64,000 nt of DNA from Callorhinchus milii (Eukaryota): NCBI RefSeq assembly GCF_018977255.1, contig NW_024704742.1, forward strand, positions 8,062,001 to 8,126,000, read 5' to 3'. This document shows, in pieces, positions 62,301 to 64,000 of this stretch. The position numbers and the translations under genes are program-made. Under the pieces are notes generated by a model. The model searched no databases and was not told the origin of the DNA. It was given only the letters and a program-made list of their open reading frames with translations. The stretch's first letter is position 1. The number at the start of each line of letters is the position of its first letter.

Positions 62301-63367
62301 CACATTTTTTTTGCAAGGAAGGAATTATTACCCCCGGAAAAGCGATCTGCCAATCGACTAACAAGCGGGTTCCAACTTACTGCTGGGAAACAGAGGCGTG
62401 TGGTGTAAGGAAACTTGCCCAGTGTTTTGCCCTGCCAGGAATAGAACCCAACTTTGCCTGATATGCTACTTATTTCAACCTCAATACAAAAATGAAATAA
62501 TGAACTAAATGAAGTACATTTGTTAAGAGAACAGCTTGCAAATATAAAGCACTGGTAAGACCTGACAGAGCTTGTACAACTACAGTAGTTCTATCCTATC
62601 CACTGGAGCTTTGGTTAGAGTGGATATCTACACCAGGCAGACAGGCTGGTCAACCATCAACTATTAATGTGACCAGCCAACAAAATAAACCTATTACACA
62701 TTACAATATATTTTGTGAAGCACTTTGAGATGTCTTGAAGACATGATAAGGGGCTGTATCAAATGCAAGGATTATTATTATCAATAGTAAATAAATGAAC
62801 CAAAAGTGCAGTGGTGTCCGGTGAAATGTCACCCACCAAATAATGGATCAAAATGTCTTTAACTTTTAATATAAAAAGCTCATTTAAGTGAAAAATAAAA
62901 ATCAATTACCTGATGGTTTTGTATTTTGCGTTCTGGTTTCTGCACTTGGATCCGGACTACCAGGTCTACCAGACCTTTTTTTATACCTTTCTGTGGGGCA
63001 ATTTATAGACCCTCGAGATGCAGACGGTCTCTTAAGAGACGCTTTGGAGTTTTTAGCTTGGCTACCATTCTCGACATAGACAGGAGGCTCTTCCTGCAAA
63101 TTCTCCTGATCTTCCTCCTGATCCTCTACTTCGGGCATAGCCACAGGTGTTTTTTGGGGATGCTTTCGGGGTCTTCCACGCTTCTTAGGCACGCTGGAAT
63201 TCTTTCCTTGCTTAACCGGCTTCCTGCTTATCACCTTGCCTTTTCTGACGTGCAACTCAGAGCAGGAGCTCTTGGGGTCCTCCCACATCTCACGCTCAGA
63301 TTCGTTCAACATTGGTGTTGAAGTCCTGAAAACAGTGTGTTTTGATGGTGGAGGCGTAACAGCAGGT
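50277..63367 (-). CDS. CENPC: Centromere protein C (CENP-C), 3' portion; 9 exons: 63367-62910, 62066-61880, 60314-59872, 58858-57832, 57364-57285, 54238-54134, 53444-53266, 51190-51100, 50362-50277; 5' exons outside window
   Basis: All exons have AG/GT boundaries and join in compatible phases (2|1|2|1|2|1|1|0|1) into one open frame of 2656 nt. The C-terminus reads KPTSVW..CGKLFLGPFREKG..LFYIIQGHIKVSI..GDCFCVPPGNPYNITN..ILFFTQLK, matching the Mif2/CENP-C cupin (human TGKLILGPQEEKG..VFYV..GDSFYVPSGNYYNIKN..LLFTQIK). The large exon contains SGRHIRPPNQWW. Confidence 0.9.
51100..51190 (-). CDS. CENPC: CENP-C cupin exon 2 (91 bp)
   Basis: Acceptor TTTTTTGTTACAG|TTA, donor CCCG|GTAAGT, phase 0 to 1; encodes LFYIIQGHIKVSINNNLYNLSQGDCFCVPP. 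Confidence 0.92.
51503..51812 (+). mobile_element. tRNA-headed SINE, short form, in CENP-C intron
   Basis: Full head-to-tail match. Confidence 0.9.
51935..52500 (+). mobile_element. Penelope-like element 3' fragment (GIY-YIG C-terminus, pyrimidine-rich UTR, degenerate hammerhead)
   Basis: Frameshifted HFNPPSHSHSDLSIHGLL..LEEQ..LQPSGLNIDFNNFRP* typical of PLE GIY-YIG ends, followed by AGTT-CTGACAA-AGGATC..GACCT-GAACC-GTT-GACT and GATGCTGCCTGACCTGCTGAG. Confidence 0.75.
52500..53010 (+). mobile_element. Degraded CR1 ORF2 endonuclease-region fragment
   Basis: VTLLGANYRPPKS and later remnants resembling LDLVLGNE..HLGNSDH. Confidence 0.55.
53266..53444 (-). CDS. CENPC: CENP-C cupin exon 1 (179 bp)
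   Basis: Acceptor CTTCCAG|AC, donor ATG|GTGAGT, phase 1 to 0; encodes LGICKDLDLDTFACGKLFLGPFREKGIQRECGDTM. Confidence 0.9.
54134..54238 (-). CDS. CENPC: CENP-C exon (105 bp), pre-cupin segment
   Basis: Acceptor TTGTCTGGCTAG|GG, weak donor CAAA|GTCAGA, phase 1 to 1; KPTSVWSTEENCEILQ aligns with human QPTRVKDPETREIILM. Confidence 0.7.
54890..56540 (-). mobile_element. Fragmented L2 LINE with nested SINE piece and CR1
   Basis: GIAQGSILSPLLF..YADDTQL (56204..56515) and ORF2-end motifs at 54900-55380. Confidence 0.8.
55580..56040 (+). mobile_element. CR1 LINE 3' fragment nested in L2
   Basis: FEVFKIKKGFDRVD..RTWGHNLKI..FFTQMVVEIWNSLP and tail GGGCTGAATGG..TTCCTATGTTCC. Confidence 0.88.
56545..57215 (+). 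mobile_element. L2 tail(s) and L2 ORF2 fragment
   Basis: 56555-56722 closely matches 11133-11340; LDPIPTPLL..DIVNLSL at 57050-57130. Confidence 0.75.
57285..57364 (-). CDS. CENPC: CENP-C exon (80 bp)
   Basis: Acceptor TTTTATTTTTAAG|G, donor TCAG|GTATGA, phase 2 to 1; encodes FLLNASGPGPANQASYPNSDHHILLS. Confidence 0.7.
57832..58858 (-). CDS. CENPC: CENP-C large central exon (1027 bp) with RxxxxPxxWW motif
   Basis: Longest ORF in the window (57828..58874). Acceptor CCTTCTATTCCAG|CC, donor AATTT|GTAAGT, phase 1 to 2; YTISGRHIRPPNQWWKV at about 58670-58720. Confidence 0.88.
58960..59430 (+). mobile_element. Old L2 3' end
   Basis: QQIKSKILILTFKSLRGLTP..TLWNS. Confidence 0.75.
59872..60314 (-). 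CDS. CENPC: CENP-C exon B copy 2 (443 bp, AT-hook KKRGRPRK)
   Basis: Same splice sites as copy 1 (TTTCACAG|A, TCAG|GTAATA), phase 2 to 1; open frame overlapping ORF 59846..60235. Confidence 0.8.
60428..60801. mobile_element. Fold-back MITE-like element (family 1) in CENP-C intron
   Basis: Imperfect terminal inverted repeats TAACTCGTCAC-TCCA / TGGAATGTGACAAGTTA, plus internal inverted arms GTGACTGGTGC/GCACCAGTCAC, GTTGGGCGCACAT/ATGTGGGCCCAAC and TGCAGAGACC/GGTCTCTGCA. Confidence 0.65.
61880..62066 (-). CDS. CENPC: CENP-C exon A (187 bp, acidic/Ser-rich)
   Basis: Acceptor CTCTTTGCAG|GT, donor AAAAG|GTATGA, phase 1 to 2; encodes GDYGPSNRAQSK..ENDQVVELENRKK..IKSK and bridges the two exon-B copies in frame. 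Confidence 0.8.
62132..62450 (-). mobile_element. tRNA-headed SINE, long form, in CENP-C intron
   Basis: Family body and tail. Confidence 0.85.
62910..63367 (-). CDS. CENPC: CENP-C exon B copy 1 (458 bp, AT-hook KKRGRPRK)
   Basis: Acceptor TTTCACAG|A, donor TCAG|GTAATT, phase 2 to 1; open frame overlapping ORF 62902..63492. An in-frame alternative acceptor (GTTTTCAG|G) lies 42 nt further in. Confidence 0.8.
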
Positions 63368-63481
63368 CTGTGAAAGCCATGATTTATTTTTTTTAATGAA
63401 AATAATTTAAAAGCTTTATTATTAGCCATAATAATAATATGCTCATTAATCTCAACTTTTCTTAACACAGTAAAACACCAA

Positions 63482-63855
63482 TAACTCGTCACTCCAAGGA
63501 AAAAAGTGCTGAGTGACTAGTTATCCGGGGTGGCCTATCTTGTGACTGGTGCGAGCAATCAGTGGCGGTTGGGCGCACATACACTGTAGAGGCCACTGGT
63601 CTATTGAAGGCCCACGGTATGGCCTCCTGCCCTATCTGGTCACATGTGGGATGCAAGTCAGGAGAGGGAAGCCTCAGAGACGAAGGTCTCTGCAATGGAT
63701 CTGACCATGTGGGCCCAACTTCCTCCGAGCACCTGCACCAGTCACAGGGTAGGGTGGGAGGCCTCTGGAATACAAGATGGCATCTTATAGGACAAGTTAT
63801 CTCATCAATTTTACATTGTAAGTACTTACAAGAGTTTCTGGAATGCGACAAGTTA
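63482..63855. mobile_element. Fold-back MITE-like element (family 1), duplicated copy
   Basis: Near-identical to 60428-60801. Confidence 0.65.
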
Positions 63856-64000
63856 CATGTTAAGTGGATTGACAAATAAGTAACTAATTAAGATCGCTGC
63901 CTCCCTTGCGACTTAACTCTACCCTCCCCATCCCCATCCCTCCCGATCCCAACCACCAGCTCAGGTGTGGGTCCCTGACTGTCCAGCATTTTGGGACGTC

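Larger units (their letters stand above)
59638..64000. repeat. Intragenic tandem duplication, period about 3054 bp (59638-60946 matches 62701-64000, running off the window)
   Basis: Exon B, its flanking intron, an intronic MITE and an L2 tail all recur at an offset of 3053-3054 bp (e.g. TAACTCGTCAC at 60428 and 63482). Confidence 0.95.

Noticed and set aside
1..64000. Prokaryotic systems (operons, CRISPR arrays, defence islands)
   Set aside because: The sequence is vertebrate intron/intergenic DNA; repeats are dispersed retroposons with no regular repeat-spacer periodicity.

Overview
Eukaryotic, repeat-rich vertebrate genomic DNA. The repeat inventory points to a cartilaginous fish, possibly a chimaera (inference). 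It comprises Deu-domain SINEs, a very abundant tRNA-headed SINE with an L2-type tail, L2 and CR1 LINE fragments, and a shark-type Penelope element. Positions 1 to about 50,000 contain no convincing protein-coding gene, only SINE/LINE/MITE debris and a few repeat-free blocks that may be conserved non-coding elements. Nearly all ORFs in the supplied track are spurious or retroelement-derived. The last 14 kb carry the 3' part of a minus-strand, intron-containing CENP-C (inner kinetochore) gene. I reconstructed nine phase-compatible GT-AG exons by hand (about 884 codons plus stop), ending in the C-terminal cupin domain. The 5' end lies beyond the window. Most notable: (1) a ~3.05 kb intragenic tandem duplication has doubled an AT-hook (KKRGRPRK) exon in frame; (2) the gene has a central-domain-type RxxxxPxxWW motif, but I find no exon for the canonical CENP-C motif upstream of the cupin; (3) Penelope remnants together spell a minimal hammerhead ribozyme; (4) there are two fold-back MITE-like families and a young SINE subfamily that appears to have re-captured the L2 3' tail. 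All alignments were done by eye, and repeat boundaries are approximate.
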